From assembly GCF_006345805.1 (NCBI RefSeq), contig NC_042997.1, positions 93,744,001 to 93,808,000 of the forward strand: 64,000 nucleotides of DNA. The letters are read 5' to 3'. The position numbers and the translations under genes were made by a program. The stretch comes from Octopus sinensis (taxonomy: Eukaryota). Positions 62,166 to 64,000 of this stretch are shown one piece after another (position 1 is the stretch's first letter; the number at the start of each line of letters is the position of its first letter). Below the pieces are notes generated by a model that saw only the letters and a program-made list of their open reading frames with translations, was not told the origin of the DNA and did not search any database.

Positions 62166-64000
62166 CTGATATTAGAAATAAATTACTATCAAAGCATAGA
62201 GCACTTGCATTTATACAGTACATAGTATATATTTTTTGGAGCTTGTAATTATTTCTAGAAAGGAAAATGCAAAATGGTAATGTTTGATACCACTTTTACG
62301 TGACTGTTCTTTGCAGAACAAATGTTACTACATCTTAACGCCAGGAAAACATCTTTTCTTGCTGGTTAATGACACACAACCTATGTCTGTTTTATTGCAA
62401 GTAAGGGAGTGAACCACTCCCACTCCAACAGCAAAACCAATAGACTGGGTAGTTTCTCAGTACTGGACATTTGCCTGTTAGAGATGGCAGCTATCCATCC
62501 TTACTCACAATATATAAACAAAGCAGGAAATCGTTTTCCTGGGGTTAAAATGTAGTAACATTTGCTCTGCATAGAACAACCAAGTAGAAGTAGTATCAAA
62601 CATAACTGTTTAGTAATGTTATGTGAATCTCTGAATTTGCAGCTACCGTCCAACCCATGCTAGCATGGAAAGCGGACGTTAAATGATGATGATGATGATG
62701 ATGATGAAGCTTAAAAAAAATCCTGGCATCAAAACAGTGGCATTTTCATTATTCGTTTTTCTTGAAAAATATCTCTGCTCTGTTTACTTAAAAATTTATA
62801 CATTATATTGCAGTTTGTGAACAGGTTTATGATTTCAACAAAGGGCCAGTCAAGAGTTCACAGTCAAAGGCCAGTTAAGAGTTGACCGTAAGTGTGATGA
62901 GCAAGTGTATGGTACTTGATTAAGAACAAAACAAGAAACTGTTTTTAAAGCACTGATATTTGGGTTTTCTTACTGATGTTTATAGCCTTCCACAACATAA
63001 TAGAGAGAGAATGTGTGTGTGTGTATGCGTGTGGTTTAGTGGTTAGGTTATTCGACTCGTGATTGTAAGGTCATGAGTTCAATTTCCACTTGATTCATTG
63101 CATCGTTGAGCAAGACACTTTATTTCATGTTGCTCCAGTCCACTCAGCTGGCAAAAATGACATGTACGCATGTTTCAAAGGACCAGCCTTGTCACATTCT
63201 CTGTTATGCTGAATCTCCCTGAGAAATACATTAAGGGTACATGTGTTTGTTGAGGGCTCAGCTATGTGCACATTAATTTCACAAGCAGGCTGCTCTGTTG
63301 ACTGGCGTTGTTTGTTTCCAACCTTTCATGACATAAGAACATGTCAGGTCATGGGGAAATGTTACTTTGCTTGGAATAAAGTAAGTATTGGCAACAGCAG
63401 TACTAAATCTACCTCATTTACATAAGTCAAATGGAAAAGTGGATTTTAAAAGGGTGACAGTGATAAAACACACACCATATTTTTTTTAATGCTGGTATGG
63501 GTTGGCCAAACTTAGGGCAGTATTCTATGGTCAGGTATCCTTCTTATTGGTAATCCTTACCTGTTTTTTTAAGTAAGGTATTTTGCTTCCACTGGTCTTC
63601 CCAAAGCAAAAGAAGCAAAGATACAGACATATTGTTTATAAAAGTAAATATATCACCATTAACCATGCAGTGTCACCAGGAAAATGTGGAAGCACACACA
63701 CATGTACAGTTTCCCCTTGGTTTGCATGATACTCAGCTTGCAGTAACAATTTAGCACATTTGGGCTTCAAGGCAAAATCCCCTACCCCTTTTTTGTAGTT
63801 AACCACTACTTTGCTTGTCATTTTTGTTTCATTTAGCCTTCACCTCATTTAGTTGATAGTGAGACACACCACACTCTAAACTAACCCCCAAGTTGGAATC
63901 ATTTAAAAAAAATTTTGTTTAATATTTTTGAGATTGGAAAGAGTTCAAGAGTTCTTTAGAAATTACAAAACAGTTTAAAGTAATTATAACAACAATTTGA

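Overview
AT-rich animal genomic DNA packed with microsatellites, SINEs and MITEs. The repeat landscape suggests a coleoid cephalopod (Octopus-like); this is inference. Four spliced protein-coding genes can be reconstructed by hand with consistent exon phases. (1) The first two coding exons of CFAP157 (minus strand, 11926 -> 122, running off the window), with an RFX X-box and forkhead motifs just upstream. (2) A complete NDUFS3 CDS (6 exons, 18485-27573, 266 aa). (3) A complete COX6B CDS (3 coding exons, 41827-43279, 78 aa), with a probable non-coding first exon near 33130-33192. (4) An unidentified acidic, low-complexity minus-strand gene (at least 8 exons, 62165 -> 53731) whose reading frame only closes if an 8-nt microexon (56012-56019) is used. 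Introns and intergenic DNA hold a decayed R4/Dong-like RLE retroelement lying between (TAA)n tracts, a CRE-like RLE retroelement, RTE fragments, a full-length dead D34D mariner with a nested SINE, many TIR MITEs and tRNA-derived SINEs. The least expected signal is a set of hammerhead-ribozyme-like cores (19693-19736 minus, 36393-36465 plus, 41197-41239 plus, the last inside a tRNA-headed SINE), plus long fold-back hairpins that carry the 3' half of the same motif. No CRISPR, rRNA or bona fide tRNA gene was found. All gene models are manual and lack transcript support.
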